Shown in pieces: positions 16,737-26,500 of a DNA stretch of 31,726 nucleotides. The notes below the pieces were generated by a model. The model ran no database searches. It was not told the DNA's origin and worked only from the letters and a program-made list of their open reading frames with translations. Source of the stretch: a virus. Lineage: Duplodnaviria > Caudoviricetes. The translations under genes and the position numbers were made by a program. Within the stretch, counting starts at the first letter, position 1; each line of letters starts with the position of its first letter. The stretch covers positions 1 to 31,726 of the IMG/VR virus record IMGVR_UViG_3300017747_005784; one strand, written 5' to 3'.

Positions 16737-18474
16737 AGGTCAGCTCTCGCTTAAGGAATTCGAGGGCTCGGTAGACGTAAGGCGTCAGATCGAGCCGGGG
16801 GTCTGCGAGCAACGGAAGATCCGGTGCCTGCGGGTGGGGGATCTGTCGCATGTTCTGAATCAGCGACAGGAAGGTGCCAATGCTTTGCTGCGTGGCTTGT
16901 GCCATCCGGAATGGATAGCCACTGAGCATTGCGCTGCGCTCTTCATCGGTTTTATCCGGGAAGAGATACCTCAGAGCCTCGATGCTGTTGACACCCAGTT
17001 CCTGAAGATTGCGCACGACAATGCTTGAATTCAGTATATCTTCCGTGGAGTCTTCAAAGACGGGACCCTTCCAACGCCACTGCACGCGGCGATCGCCATC
17101 AGGAATCAGGCCCACCACACCCGCAGGGAGCTGGCGTGCCTGCACCGCCTCGAAGATGCGCTGATCAAGGACCACATTGAACTTCTCGATGGCTTCCTCA
17201 AACAGGCGCGTCGCCTCCTGGTAGGCCTCAGCATCCGGCAGCTGCTCGGCCAGTGGCGGAGCCGGGCGGCTCATGCCGATCGCCGCGGCAAAGGAGTCCT
17301 TGAAGATCTGCTCCTCGTTGAACAGCACCAATGCCAGCAGCTTGCAGAGGCCATAGGTCAGCAGGCCCCGGCATTTGCGAGCCGCCGTGGTGGCAGCGCG
17401 GCCGTACAACGACTTGATCTCGTAGGCGGTAGCACCGGTGCTCACCCCCAATTCGTCAACACCACCGAGGGCATTACGCAACTCCTCGCGATACTGACGC
17501 GCATAAAGATTCTGATCACCACTGACCGCATCAGGGGTAATGTAGGCGACCCGATCGGTGGCCTCGATGTTGGCGATGATGCGCGGCACCTTGAAGCCGC
17601 CGGTGCCGCCGCCGCCCAGGGGGGTGCTAACCCGGGTCGAGGGCCGACTCGCCGCGTAAAAACCGGCCTGGGAGCTGATCGTCGGCCGCAACTCCTCGCT
17701 TTCGCCCGACTCCAGCAAGTCGTGCTTGGGACGACTGGAAACCAGCGTCGGATTGCCGTAGAAAGTAATGTTGGCGCGGATATTTTTGACCATCTCGTCG
17801 TGGGTGACGATCTGCTCGCTGAGCCAATCGAACTCACCGGTGGCGTCCATACCGGTGGAGCGCATGTTGTTGTAGGACTCCACCGCCGGGATGAAGCCCA
17901 GACTGTTGGTCACCGTGCGGGTGCTTCCGAAAGCGCCAGCCACGTTGGTCAAGGCCGCGTCGAAGCTCGGCTTTTCATGGGTGATCGATTCGACGATGGA
18001 ATCACGCCGCACCCGCAACCGCACATAACGCAGCGATCCGCGCTCACCGGCCATGGCCAAAGCGCTGCCCTGAACACCATCGCGCACACTGAACGAATAG
18101 ATCAGGTCGACCTCCTCGAGCTCGCCGGAGGCGTCGTAATAGGCCCGGTAGTTCTCCTTGGCGAACCACATCAGCCGATAGGTCTCGCGTACGGGGCGGA
18201 AGTACCACAGCCCCTTGCCGTCCAGTAGAAAGTCATCGATGATCCCTTCGAGGCGGGCATCGATCTCGTTCTCTTCGATCAGACCCGCAAGAAAGGTCTT
18301 GCGAAACCCGAAGGTGTCCTGAGAGGGGTAAAACTCCAGCCCCTGACGCAGCATGAACAACCGCATCTGACTGAGATGCGAGTTGACGATCATGGTGTCG
18401 ACGCCACTGCTGCCCTCGCGCTTGCGGGCAGCCTCGAGGATGCGGCGGAAACGCTCAGTCCGGGGCTGGCTCAT
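16258..18474 (-). CDS. Portal protein
   Basis: 738 aa directly after terL. Portal-like segments (FLLDGKG, FIPAVES.N, GEFD, FYGNPTL, SGDQ, TAYEIKSLY, VQWRW.GPV). The C-terminal ~160 aa overlaps the scaffold gene. Confidence 0.75.
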   Translation of the reverse strand: MSQPRTERFRRILEAARKREGSSGVDTMIVNSHLSQMRLFMLRQGLEFYPSQDTFGFRKTFLAGLIEENEIDARLEGIIDDFLLDGKGLWYFRPVRETYRLMWFAKENYRAYYDASGELEEVDLIYSFSVRDGVQGSALAMAGERGSLRYVRLRVRRDSIVESITHEKPSFDAALTNVAGAFGSTRTVTNSLGFIPAVESYNNMRSTGMDATGEFDWLSEQIVTHDEMVKNIRANITFYGNPTLVSSRPKHDLLESGESEELRPTISSQAGFYAASRPSTRVSTPLGGGGTGGFKVPRIIANIEATDRVAYITPDAVSGDQNLYARQYREELRNALGGVDELGVSTGATAYEIKSLYGRAATTAARKCRGLLTYGLCKLLALVLFNEEQIFKDSFAAAIGMSRPAPPLAEQLPDAEAYQEATRLFEEAIEKFNVVLDQRIFEAVQARQLPAGVVGLIPDGDRRVQWRWKGPVFEDSTEDILNSSIVVRNLQELGVNSIEALRYLFPDKTDEERSAMLSGYPFRMAQATQQSIGTFLSLIQNMRQIPHPQAPDLPLLADPRLDLTPYVYRALEFLKRELTYAGQYSDGAGTNEPATLDPLQRGRTDRGLPSEPGGERPSFVPDSLDGRAGVLPFGAGGPGGNAPGQSLAAGLPGAARQPERAATIPAPGSFLADDPTGGGALGSAELPGGSVRYGAADLNAPSNAGLFPGDAVSGTELERRAERSRERRVSRERQRRKS

Positions 18475-18483
18475 GGCTCCATG

Positions 18484-20019
18484 TTAGGTCCACTCCACCT
18501 GCGCCGAACCACGGCGCATCAGGCCCTGCACGACGATATTGAGCGAATCGGCACAGTCGTCGTGAGCCGTATGGCCGAAATTGACGATCTCATCGATCAT
18601 GCAGCTGAAGTCGCGGTACTTGTTGAACACGATTTTGCCGCCCTGGAACAGGCCCAAGATGCCCCGCAGTCGGGCCAGCTTGTCGCCCCGGAACCCCTTT
18701 ACCGGCGAGATCGACAGGTTGTAGAGCTGCCATTCGTTGAACAGCACGCGCTTGAGGTCACCCTCGAAGCTCTTCTGGTAGGCGACCACCTCAGGCCAGA
18801 TCACCACCGGAGAATCGGTCGAAAAATACTGGCCCTGGTCGTTGACGCGCAGCAGATTCCACTCCAACAGCAACTCGCAGAGGGCCTCGACCTTCTCAAT
18901 GTTGCCCATCGAGCGCATGCGACGGTAATCGATCACATAGCACTTGTCATCAACTCGGCCCGCCAGAGTGAACACGGTCCAATCGTTGCGCTCGCTCATG
19001 CCGGCCGACAGATCGATGCCGACGCCGATGGTGTCATAAACGTCAGGCACCTCGCCTTTGATGAACAGCTCCGGACTGACGCCAAGCTCGGTCGAGCGGA
19101 TCGGCTGATTCATGTACTGGTAGGAGAACGAGACCCGGTCATCCGCCTGCAGCTTCAACAGATATTTCGACGACCACATCTGCGGCCAGTAGCTGCGGGG
19201 GCGGCCATCATCGTCGTAGCTCAGGGCCGACTGGGTGATCACCCGCCAACCCTTCTGCTCGGTAAAGGTGGTGGCGAACAGATCATCGAAATGGAAGCGC
19301 GTGCCCAGGGCGATCGCGCGGGCGCCCTGGAACATGGTCGGCACAATCACGTTGTTCCAGTTCGCTTCCATCTCCCGGCGAATGTCGGGGTTGGCAATCG
19401 AGGCGGCACTTTTGATCGCGTCGTCGACGATGATCAGCGAACTGCGCTTGGAGGTGATCGTCCCCTTTAGGCCGGCGCAGGCCACCGTGAAAGCATCCTC
19501 ACCGCGGATGTCGATATTGGCAAAATCAAAGTCAATCGACCACAGCTCATCCGAGGTACGCAACTTAGATAGACGCACGGTCGGGAAAATCTCCTGATAT
19601 TCCTTGGAGAGAATGGTGTTCTTGATGGCAGCGCTCTTGTTGCGAGCTACGTCCACGTTGTACGACACGTAGAGGACCCTCAGTAGCTGATGGGCCAGGG
19701 CGTGCCGCCCGATCAGCCAGGCAATCAACAGGCCCACCACCGTACTCTTGGCCGAACCCCTGGGGCTGAGCAGGCAGGTGTTAGGACCGGCGATGTCCTG
19801 TAGGTGCTCGTTGCTCTGCCCCGTCAGAAATGCGCGATGCCACTCCAGCATGTGATGAGCCGGAGGCTTGCCCATCAACTCGCAGAAAACCGCAAAATTA
19901 GCGCGAGCCTTGAGGACGTGGAGCGGAGGCTCGATCACAACCTCAGGCTGCTTTTTGATGCCCTGCGCGGCCAGCCTGGCACTGCGCTGGCGTGCCAAAG
20001 CGATCGACGCACCTGCCAT
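18484..20019 (-). CDS. terL: Terminase large subunit
   Basis: Walker A SPRGSAKST, Walker B LIIVDD, motif GTRF, nuclease GIDLS..D and C-terminal HDDCADS. Confidence 0.93.
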   Translation of the reverse strand: MAGASIALARQRSARLAAQGIKKQPEVVIEPPLHVLKARANFAVFCELMGKPPAHHMLEWHRAFLTGQSNEHLQDIAGPNTCLLSPRGSAKSTVVGLLIAWLIGRHALAHQLLRVLYVSYNVDVARNKSAAIKNTILSKEYQEIFPTVRLSKLRTSDELWSIDFDFANIDIRGEDAFTVACAGLKGTITSKRSSLIIVDDAIKSAASIANPDIRREMEANWNNVIVPTMFQGARAIALGTRFHFDDLFATTFTEQKGWRVITQSALSYDDDGRPRSYWPQMWSSKYLLKLQADDRVSFSYQYMNQPIRSTELGVSPELFIKGEVPDVYDTIGVGIDLSAGMSERNDWTVFTLAGRVDDKCYVIDYRRMRSMGNIEKVEALCELLLEWNLLRVNDQGQYFSTDSPVVIWPEVVAYQKSFEGDLKRVLFNEWQLYNLSISPVKGFRGDKLARLRGILGLFQGGKIVFNKYRDFSCMIDEIVNFGHTAHDDCADSLNIVVQGLMRRGSAQVEWT

Positions 20020-20078
20020 GGGCCCAATCTATCAAGTTTTTCCCTATCGCGCATTATGCACGCTCAGGCTGCCAACTT

Positions 20079-20588
20079 CTACGTGTCGGCGGTCAGCTGA
20101 GCCCAGGCCGACTCGAAGGCGGACTCTAGCGCCGGCATCACCTCTTCATTGTCCTTAAAGATCGCTCGCATAGTGCGCATCACGCTGTCGGCGCCTGCCA
20201 GGATCAGGCCGCGGCGATCAATCGAGCGCGTCATCTTCTCAATCTCTACGATGTGGCCGCGCAGCTCCTTGGAGAGGTGGGCGATCCGCGTCGCTGCCAT
20301 GTCGGGTTTGATCAGATCTGCCGCCACCTGCTGGCGCAACATGTCGATGTCGGCCTCGAGCTTGCAGACCTCCGCCAGCATCAACTCACGGCGATTGAGC
20401 TTGCGGTAGTGCTTCTGCACCCAGCGCTCAAGCTCGGTGAACCCTGCCTCGTAGCCGAGGACGGAGGCATACAGCCAGATCTCATAGATCGAGTAAGTGT
20501 GCTCGGCGTAGTTGAGAAAGGCCTCACGCCGGTCGTTGTCCAGGGCCGCCAGAAACAGGCCGACCACTCCACCGTTGTCGATCGCCAT
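20079..20588 (-). CDS. Helical protein upstream of terL; candidate terminase small subunit
   Basis: 169 aa, helical/coiled, TGATG-coupled to the upstream gene. Function inferred from position only. Confidence 0.4.
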   Translation of the reverse strand: MAIDNGGVVGLFLAALDNDRREAFLNYAEHTYSIYEIWLYASVLGYEAGFTELERWVQKHYRKLNRRELMLAEVCKLEADIDMLRQQVAADLIKPDMAATRIAHLSKELRGHIVEIEKMTRSIDRRGLILAGADSVMRTMRAIFKDNEEVMPALESAFESAWAQLTADT

Positions 20589-21169
20589 CAACCGTAGAAC
20601 CTCGCGCCCTGGCCGCGGATGGCGCCGCGAGCGTCGGCGCGCAAACGCAACTCCTGATTGGTCTTGGCGCCCAGGTTCTTGCGTTCTTCTGAGCCGGTGA
20701 GGCTGATCTGACGCTCCTGGCTGTCGTAGCCGTAGCGCTGAGCTGCCGCCTGCTCGCGAGCAATGTCTAGGCTACTGCGACCCTGCTCGCGCGTTACGTC
20801 AAGATTGCCGCGATTTTGCTCCGATTGCAGATCGATGGCACCGCGGATCTGTCCCTCTTGCAGTCCCCGGGCGCCGGCCAATTCAGCGCCCATGATCTCC
20901 AAGGTGTCCGCTTTGCGGCCCTCTTCAACGCCGCGCTGGTACTTGGCCTGACTGGAGAGGAAGGTGTCGTTGTACAGGCCAGCCAGACCCACATTGGCCT
21001 GGGTGCGAAACGAATCCGCCAGGCCGCCAATCACCAGGCCGGAAATCGTGGGATTGTCCTTGTAGCGATTACCCAGGTCAACCAGGCCCGAGACACCCTC
21101 GTTGAAATTGAGTCCCGCGGTCGATGCGTAACTGTTGGGACGGCTGGGGCTAGCGGCGTAGGAAGACAT
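20588..21169 (-). CDS. Putative internal virion/ejection protein
   Basis: Gln/Glu/Arg/Gly-rich helical repeats (Q.RG..D...EQ.R). Confidence 0.5.
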   Translation of the reverse strand: MSSYAASPSRPNSYASTAGLNFNEGVSGLVDLGNRYKDNPTISGLVIGGLADSFRTQANVGLAGLYNDTFLSSQAKYQRGVEEGRKADTLEIMGAELAGARGLQEGQIRGAIDLQSEQNRGNLDVTREQGRSSLDIAREQAAAQRYGYDSQERQISLTGSEERKNLGAKTNQELRLRADARGAIRGQGARFYG

Positions 21170-21195
21170 CGTCAATCAAGTAACAGGTGAACCGT

Positions 21196-21765
21196 TCAAC
21201 CCAGCAGCAGGCCGCCCGCGGCGAGGGCGGTGCCAAGAATGCTGTTGATAAGCCCCTGGGTGCGAGCCTGCGCCAGTTGCTGCTGCTGTAGGTCGCGGTT
21301 GGCGCTGTTCTCGCTACTGGCGTACCGAAAGGCCTGCTCCATGGCAGCCAGATCACCCTCACGCAAACGCTGCTCCTGGCCCTGGACGGATCCCAGGATT
21401 TTCAGGGCTTGGCCGGTGCGCTGGGCCTCCAGGCCCTTCAAATTGGTGGCATCAACATTGCGTAGGGCCGTTTGCGCCGCAGTGTCTTGCACCACCTGCT
21501 GACCGCGCAGACCAATCAGGCTGCTCCCCCGCTGCTGCTCGAGGCCCAGGTTCGCAAGATCCACCTGGGTCTTGACCTTCAGCAGTTGCTGGAGTTTCTG
21601 CTCTTGCGAGAGCTGAGGATTGTTCAACGCAGTCTGCAAGTTGCGCAGCTGCAGCTGAGTACCCAAAGCGTCCAATTGGTTTTGACGCTCAGTCCGCGCC
21701 AGAGCGCGATCACCCCAAGGTCCGCTCTCGATCAGGTTGTTGAAATATCTGCCGAAGTCAGCCAT
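21196..21765 (-). CDS. Putative internal virion/ejection protein with hydrophobic C-terminus
   Basis: Gln/Leu-rich coiled coil ending LINSILGTALAAGGLLLG. Confidence 0.5.
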   Translation of the reverse strand: MADFGRYFNNLIESGPWGDRALARTERQNQLDALGTQLQLRNLQTALNNPQLSQEQKLQQLLKVKTQVDLANLGLEQQRGSSLIGLRGQQVVQDTAAQTALRNVDATNLKGLEAQRTGQALKILGSVQGQEQRLREGDLAAMEQAFRYASSENSANRDLQQQQLAQARTQGLINSILGTALAAGGLLLG

Positions 21766-21817
21766 GGGGCGATGGCGCGCAATAGAGCAATGACCCTATG
21801 TTAGACGCTGCTTGCGA

Positions 21818-22288
21818 TCAACCAAATAGCTTGGTCAGCGCGTTGGTAGCCACACCCCGCGATCCACTCATGCGCGCAGCACGGCGTTGATCCAACTGCG
21901 AAAACAGATTCTCCATCGAGGTCACAGCAGCGAACGGATCGACACTGGCAGCCCCTGGCGTCAAGGCGGGCAGGGAACTGCCGAACACCTGCCCAGCCAT
22001 ACGCAACATCGCAGCACGATTAGCGCTGCGGCGGTCCAATGCCTTGTCAGCTAACTGGGCATTGAGTACATCTTTTTGCGCCTGCAATGACAAGCGCTGT
22101 CGCTCGGTAGCACCTAACTCACTCAGGCCACTTTGCGCCAGGGCTAAATTCATCGCCGCGTTCTGACCGGGAATGCTGCTCAGCTGCTTGGTGGCCTCAT
22201 TGCTGAGCACGGTGGCAAACCCCTCCAGAAAAGGGGCCACAGGCCTGGCGCTAGCCGAGAAGCTGGCGGCAACATTGCCGAAGTTCAT
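21818..22288 (-). CDS. Putative internal virion protein
   Basis: 156 aa Ala/Leu/Gln-rich ORF, ATGA-coupled to the upstream gene. Confidence 0.5.
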   Translation of the reverse strand: MNFGNVAASFSASARPVAPFLEGFATVLSNEATKQLSSIPGQNAAMNLALAQSGLSELGATERQRLSLQAQKDVLNAQLADKALDRRSANRAAMLRMAGQVFGSSLPALTPGAASVDPFAAVTSMENLFSQLDQRRAARMSGSRGVATNALTKLFG

Positions 22289-22989
22289 GCCATCCCCCTG
22301 CCCAACAAGGCCTGGGTCATGGCGAGCTGTTGAGCTGCAGAAGCGTTCCCCGACTGCAATAGCAAGTTGCCCAGGCTCTGGTTAAGCACGGCATCACGCT
22401 GCTCACGCAATCGCAGGTCCTGAGCTGCCTGGGCCGCAGCGATCTGCACTGGCATCATCTCCTGGGCCCGCTGCTTGTCCAACTCCAGTGCCAGTTCAGC
22501 CTGGCGGCGCGCCTGATTGAGCGCCTTCTGCTCAGGGCTGCCTTCGATCGCGCCAGTCACTACGTTGGCCAGTCCCTTAAGAGCTTCGCCGCCGACCATG
22601 CCGCCCAAGGCAGAACCCACGATGGCTCCAACCGGGCCCAGCGGAGCGCCGAGTGCAGCGCCTACCGCACGCCCCGCCAGAGCGCCACCCAAGGCGCCGC
22701 CTACCGTTCCCACGCCCGCGCCGGCGCCGGCAGCCGCGTTTTGCATCGAGCTGCGACTGGGGTCAGGATTGTTGAACTCGTTGGCCGCGCTGATCAGACC
22801 GGCCAGAGCCGCCAGGCCGCCACCGGTGGCCAGCCCCCGCGGCGACAACACAAAACGACCCACGCGTCCCTGGGAGGCAAACGTACCGAGGATGTCGTTC
22901 AACGCATCCGCTGCCATGCGACGACCGGGTGCACGTCCCTCTGAATCCTCAGAGCGCGGCATGATGGTCGCGTCAACGACTTGAGTCAC
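22285..22989 (-). CDS. Glycine-zipper protein; putative ejection/membrane-channel protein
   Basis: Long GxxxG run (GAGAGVGTVGGALGGALAGRAVGAALGAPLGPVGAIVGSALGGMVGG) followed by a coiled coil. Confidence 0.6.
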   Translation of the reverse strand: MTQVVDATIMPRSEDSEGRAPGRRMAADALNDILGTFASQGRVGRFVLSPRGLATGGGLAALAGLISAANEFNNPDPSRSSMQNAAAGAGAGVGTVGGALGGALAGRAVGAALGAPLGPVGAIVGSALGGMVGGEALKGLANVVTGAIEGSPEQKALNQARRQAELALELDKQRAQEMMPVQIAAAQAAQDLRLREQRDAVLNQSLGNLLLQSGNASAAQQLAMTQALLGRGMA

Positions 22990-23029
22990 CGAGAATGCAT
23001 GCTTTGTCTTGCATTCTAGAAAGCAAAAA

Positions 23030-23848
23030 TCAGTCCACCATGTAGCTCAGCTTGTGCGGCTCCACCCAAGGGACTGACGCGGCCATGTTCTCGATCTCCA
23101 TGCCGAGCTTCGGGCATGGGACGACCTTTGCGGCATCACTGCGGCGATCAAGGCAACGGGTGCACGCGTGCACGTAATCGGCGCTGTGGCGCTTGTCTGG
23201 CCGCTCACGCCATTGGCCATCCACCTTTTCATAACGCTTTTCGTCATAGGGGACATCGAAGGCCTCGATGTAATCCCAAATGTCCTGGTGCGACCAGTCT
23301 CGCAACGGGAATAGCAGGTGTAGACCGCTGGACACCCGGCGGGCCTCCACCCGAGTACCCGCGTCGCCACCCAGGACAGGATCCGAATCGCAGCGCTTAT
23401 GGCCAATCCAGACGGCTTCCACCTGCTCAAGCCGCAGTTCGGACTGCTTGGGGCGGCGCAGAATATCCAGCGCACAGGTCCAAGGCAGATCGTCGACCGG
23501 TGGCACGATGCCGGTCGGACAGGTCAAACAATCCCCGTTGAAGCGGTAGAAGTGCTGCACCTCGAACTCGTCGTCCGCCTGCTGAAAGGCCGACTCGGCC
23601 GGATGCCAGCTGTACACCAGCAGGCCCCACTCGCGAATCAGGCGATCCTGGAATTCGTACTTGCCGGGCTGCCAGGGTTCGCGAAAGAAGAACAGCGGCG
23701 CCGCGATCCCCGCTTCCCGCAGTAGATGCAGCAGCACCATGCTGTCCTTGCCGCCAGACCAGGCAATCGCGGATTTCGGGAGGGCCCGATGGCCTTGCTC
23801 GATCAGACGGCGGGTGCGATCAAGCAACCCGGCCGCAGGGCGCGTCAT
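23030..23848 (-). CDS. PAPS-reductase-family (PP-loop adenine nucleotide alpha hydrolase) protein
   Basis: AIAWSGGKDSMVLLHL PP-loop, WIGHKRCD, FPLRDWSHQDIWDYI, and a C-terminal CTRC...CP cluster. Confidence 0.85.
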   Translation of the reverse strand: MTRPAAGLLDRTRRLIEQGHRALPKSAIAWSGGKDSMVLLHLLREAGIAAPLFFFREPWQPGKYEFQDRLIREWGLLVYSWHPAESAFQQADDEFEVQHFYRFNGDCLTCPTGIVPPVDDLPWTCALDILRRPKQSELRLEQVEAVWIGHKRCDSDPVLGGDAGTRVEARRVSSGLHLLFPLRDWSHQDIWDYIEAFDVPYDEKRYEKVDGQWRERPDKRHSADYVHACTRCLDRRSDAAKVVPCPKLGMEIENMAASVPWVEPHKLSYMVD

Positions 23849-24264
23849 ATCAAGACGCCAGCCACGATCGAGCCAGCGGCGCCGATCCCGGTTCCAATCA
23901 GGCCCATGGTGCTGGCCTGCTGAGAAGCGGCAGAGCGCTGCTGGGCCCCGGCGCGTTCGGCTTCGGCGCGCTTGCGCTCGGCTTCCATCGCGCCGATGTT
24001 CTCCAAGGTGCTACTAGCGAATTTGGTGTAATTGCGCTGCTGTTCCACGGGGTCGCTGAACAGCCGGGCCGTGCCCTCGCCGGAGAACGTGTTAGCCGCC
24101 CCCTGGATCGCCGAAGGGACGGCGGTTTCAGCATCGTCCTGCTCGCTGCGGCGGCGAAACGCCTTGGCCTCTTGGCCAAAAGTCGGCATGCCGCTGGCAA
24201 GAAAATTGAACGCCCGTGAATCGCGGCTCAGGTTGCTGGACGGACTGGAGTCGTAGAGCGCCAT
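23845..24264 (-). CDS. Putative internal virion protein with C-terminal glycine zipper
   Basis: Start ATG 24264 (MALYDSS), just after the upstream stop. Ends MGLIGTGIGAAGSIVAGVLI. Confidence 0.55.
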   Translation of the reverse strand: MALYDSSPSSNLSRDSRAFNFLASGMPTFGQEAKAFRRRSEQDDAETAVPSAIQGAANTFSGEGTARLFSDPVEQQRNYTKFASSTLENIGAMEAERKRAEAERAGAQQRSAASQQASTMGLIGTGIGAAGSIVAGVLI

Positions 24265-24265
24265 C

Positions 24266-24661
24266 TCAGTTCCAGGACCCCCCGGAGCGAAACACACCGC
24301 TGTAATCGGGCACCCCGGGCAGCGGCGCGATGCCGGAGTTGAAGGAGCCACCAAAGCCCGCGGCGTTACTGGAATAGCCGCCGCCGGACGATCGGCTTGG
24401 AGTCGCCGCCTTGGCGATGTTGGCGACAGCTCCGATCCCAGCACCAATCAGATTGGCCATGCCGGCACTGCGGGTCGCCTCCGCGTCAGCACTGGCACTG
24501 GCGGCAATCGCGTCAGCGGTGTACTGGGCGCCTTTGGCCCGGGCGAGAGCGCGGTTAGAAGAATCAGCCAGGTTCAAATTGTCAGCCGCCTGCTGGGCTG
24601 CCATACCCGAGAGCATGGAGCCGGATCCACTTTGAAATCCACCAAAGCCTGGAAACATCAT
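24266..24661 (-). CDS. Putative internal virion protein (Gly/Ala-rich, T7 gp14-like composition)
   Basis: MANLIGAGIGAVANIA amphipathic/hydrophobic segment; ATGA-coupled. Confidence 0.5.
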   Translation of the reverse strand: MMFPGFGGFQSGSGSMLSGMAAQQAADNLNLADSSNRALARAKGAQYTADAIAASASADAEATRSAGMANLIGAGIGAVANIAKAATPSRSSGGGYSSNAAGFGGSFNSGIAPLPGVPDYSGVFRSGGSWN

Positions 24662-26007
24662 GACGGGAGTACCTGCAAATCAGAGCCGTCGTCCTGGGGT
24701 GCCGGGCCTTTGATGCCGCGTCGAATTGATTCTAAAAGCTGCCCGACCAGGCCCGCACCCCCCATTGACAGGGCGCTCAAACCAGCGGAATGCTTGAACA
24801 ATTCCAGGTCATTGGCTTTTTGCACGCTGTCTCGTGCAGCGACGGCCGCATCGTAGTTCTCCTTGGCCGTTTTGTAGGGCGTTGCTGCCGACGGATCAGT
24901 GACATCCCGCAAACTGCGCTGCACCTCTTGCAGGTCCGCGTAGGCGCCTTTGACATCGGCGTCCGCCGTTTCCAGGCGACGGAAGGCGCCGCTCTCTTTG
25001 AGCCGCTGGCCGCCGCGGCGAATGCCATAGCCAGCCCCCACCGCCGCCGCCACCGCCGGCAGCAAACCGGTTGCCACGGGAATGCTCTTGCCCATGAACG
25101 TCACCTCCGGGCCATGGATGCCCTCGAGGGTCGCTTTCAGGGGCGAAGCATTGCCAAACAGGTAAGCCTTGTAGCGCTCGTACTCGTCGCGGCTGACGTC
25201 GGGGCGCTCCTTGACGAAATCTTCATAGGGCAGCAGGGCGCCGGAGCGGCCCAGGAAATAGCGCGTCACGGCCTCAGCCAAAGGATCGCTGGCCTGGGTC
25301 GGGTCCGCCGCGCTGGGCACCGCCGCTTTGTAACCAGGCATGCGGCCGGCATTGCCGACGGCCATGGTGATTCCCAGCACCGCCGGCATCGTCGCCGCCA
25401 GACGCAGGCCCCGGTGCTTGAGCAGAGGGCCTTTGTCGTCGATCGGACGGTCGCCGCGGAACAGTTCGCCGCCCTGGTGCAGCGCCGCCAGCACCGCCAG
25501 TGAGCCCAGGGCCTGGGGCGCATTGAGAAACCACCAGATGTTGCGGGCCCCGTCACTGGTGGCATCGGACAGCAAGGCGCCGCCGGCCTGGGAGGCTCCG
25601 GCCCGCAAGCTGGAAGTGGGCACTTCACCCATCCCGCCAGCGGCCGGAACCTGGCCGACCCGAAGGGTCTGGCGCTGCAGCTGGGGGTCTTCAGCGCGCG
25701 CCAGGTCAAAATCCGCGAGCCGCTCGTTGGCGTAACCGCCCAATGGGGTGTTCAGCAAGGCGCGGCGGGTTTTCTCGCGCAGGGATTCAGGATCGGGTCC
25801 CTTGGGGATGTAGGCAGCCAGTCCCCGGCCCCAGCTCGTCTGACCGACGCTTTCGGGCAGGTACTGGCGCAGCAAATCCAGAGCCGGCGAACTGCCGAGC
25901 ATGTCCTCGATCGGCGAGGGATCGTCCAGGCGGCGCGTGAAGTTGCGCGGGTTCGCCAGGAACGCCTGCTCAAAGATCGCCTGATTGGAGGCGGGATCCG
26001 GGGCCAT
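24658..26007 (-). CDS. Putative internal virion protein with several hydrophobic segments
   Basis: 449 aa with 3-4 Ala/Gly hydrophobic stretches and a coiled coil. Confidence 0.55.
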   Translation of the reverse strand: MAPDPASNQAIFEQAFLANPRNFTRRLDDPSPIEDMLGSSPALDLLRQYLPESVGQTSWGRGLAAYIPKGPDPESLREKTRRALLNTPLGGYANERLADFDLARAEDPQLQRQTLRVGQVPAAGGMGEVPTSSLRAGASQAGGALLSDATSDGARNIWWFLNAPQALGSLAVLAALHQGGELFRGDRPIDDKGPLLKHRGLRLAATMPAVLGITMAVGNAGRMPGYKAAVPSAADPTQASDPLAEAVTRYFLGRSGALLPYEDFVKERPDVSRDEYERYKAYLFGNASPLKATLEGIHGPEVTFMGKSIPVATGLLPAVAAAVGAGYGIRRGGQRLKESGAFRRLETADADVKGAYADLQEVQRSLRDVTDPSAATPYKTAKENYDAAVAARDSVQKANDLELFKHSAGLSALSMGGAGLVGQLLESIRRGIKGPAPQDDGSDLQVLPS

Positions 26008-26011
26008 CGGC

Positions 26012-26500
26012 TCAGACCCCCACGCCCAGGCCCGTGGTACCAGCGGTCAACAGGGACAGCAGCAGCGCCTCTTGCATCTCCCGCTCACTGGCGACCTCGC
26101 TCTGTTGTTTCTGGGCGGCGGGTTTGGGGAAGTTCTGCTCGATGGCGCTCTGCAGGAACGGACGCGGGGCGGCGATCTGCAAAGGCGCGGAGACCAGCAG
26201 GTCACCCACCTGCTGGGCCTGAGCAATGCGCTCTGTCGCCTTTTCTGCGTCCAGCCCCCGGGCCAGGCGGCGACCGGCCAGCGAGCCCGCCGTCGATCCC
26301 GCCACCGAACCCAGCAGGCTGATGCCCAGGTCCTCCACACCCACCATGGGGTTGAAGCCGCCGGGCGCCGCAGCCGCGCTGTAAAGCGCAAAGCCGGCAT
26401 CGGGTCCGTAGCGCAGCAAGCCGTCAGTGACGCCGCGCGGGACCAGCGACTCTTTGAGCACCTTCAGCAATCCCTGTAAGCCACCGGCTGCCAATCGCAT
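26012..26500 (-). CDS. Hypothetical Gly/Ala/Leu-rich protein, putative internal virion protein
   Basis: Start ATG 26500 (TGATG overlap); hydrophobic C-terminus. Confidence 0.55.
   Translation of the reverse strand: MRLAAGGLQGLLKVLKESLVPRGVTDGLLRYGPDAGFALYSAAAAPGGFNPMVGVEDLGISLLGSVAGSTAGSLAGRRLARGLDAEKATERIAQAQQVGDLLVSAPLQIAAPRPFLQSAIEQNFPKPAAQKQQSEVASEREMQEALLLSLLTAGTTGLGVGV

Noticed and set aside
23030-23848. Calling this gene cysH or a dnd phosphorothioation system
   Set aside because: It lacks the ECGxH motif and no dndA/B/D/E or ssp partners are present in the window.
24265-24447. Apparent long overlap between the 23845..24447 and 24266..24661 ORFs (likewise 1941-2005 and 26500-26563)
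   Set aside because: Downstream ATGs (24264, 1873, 26500) give normal abutting or coupled genes.
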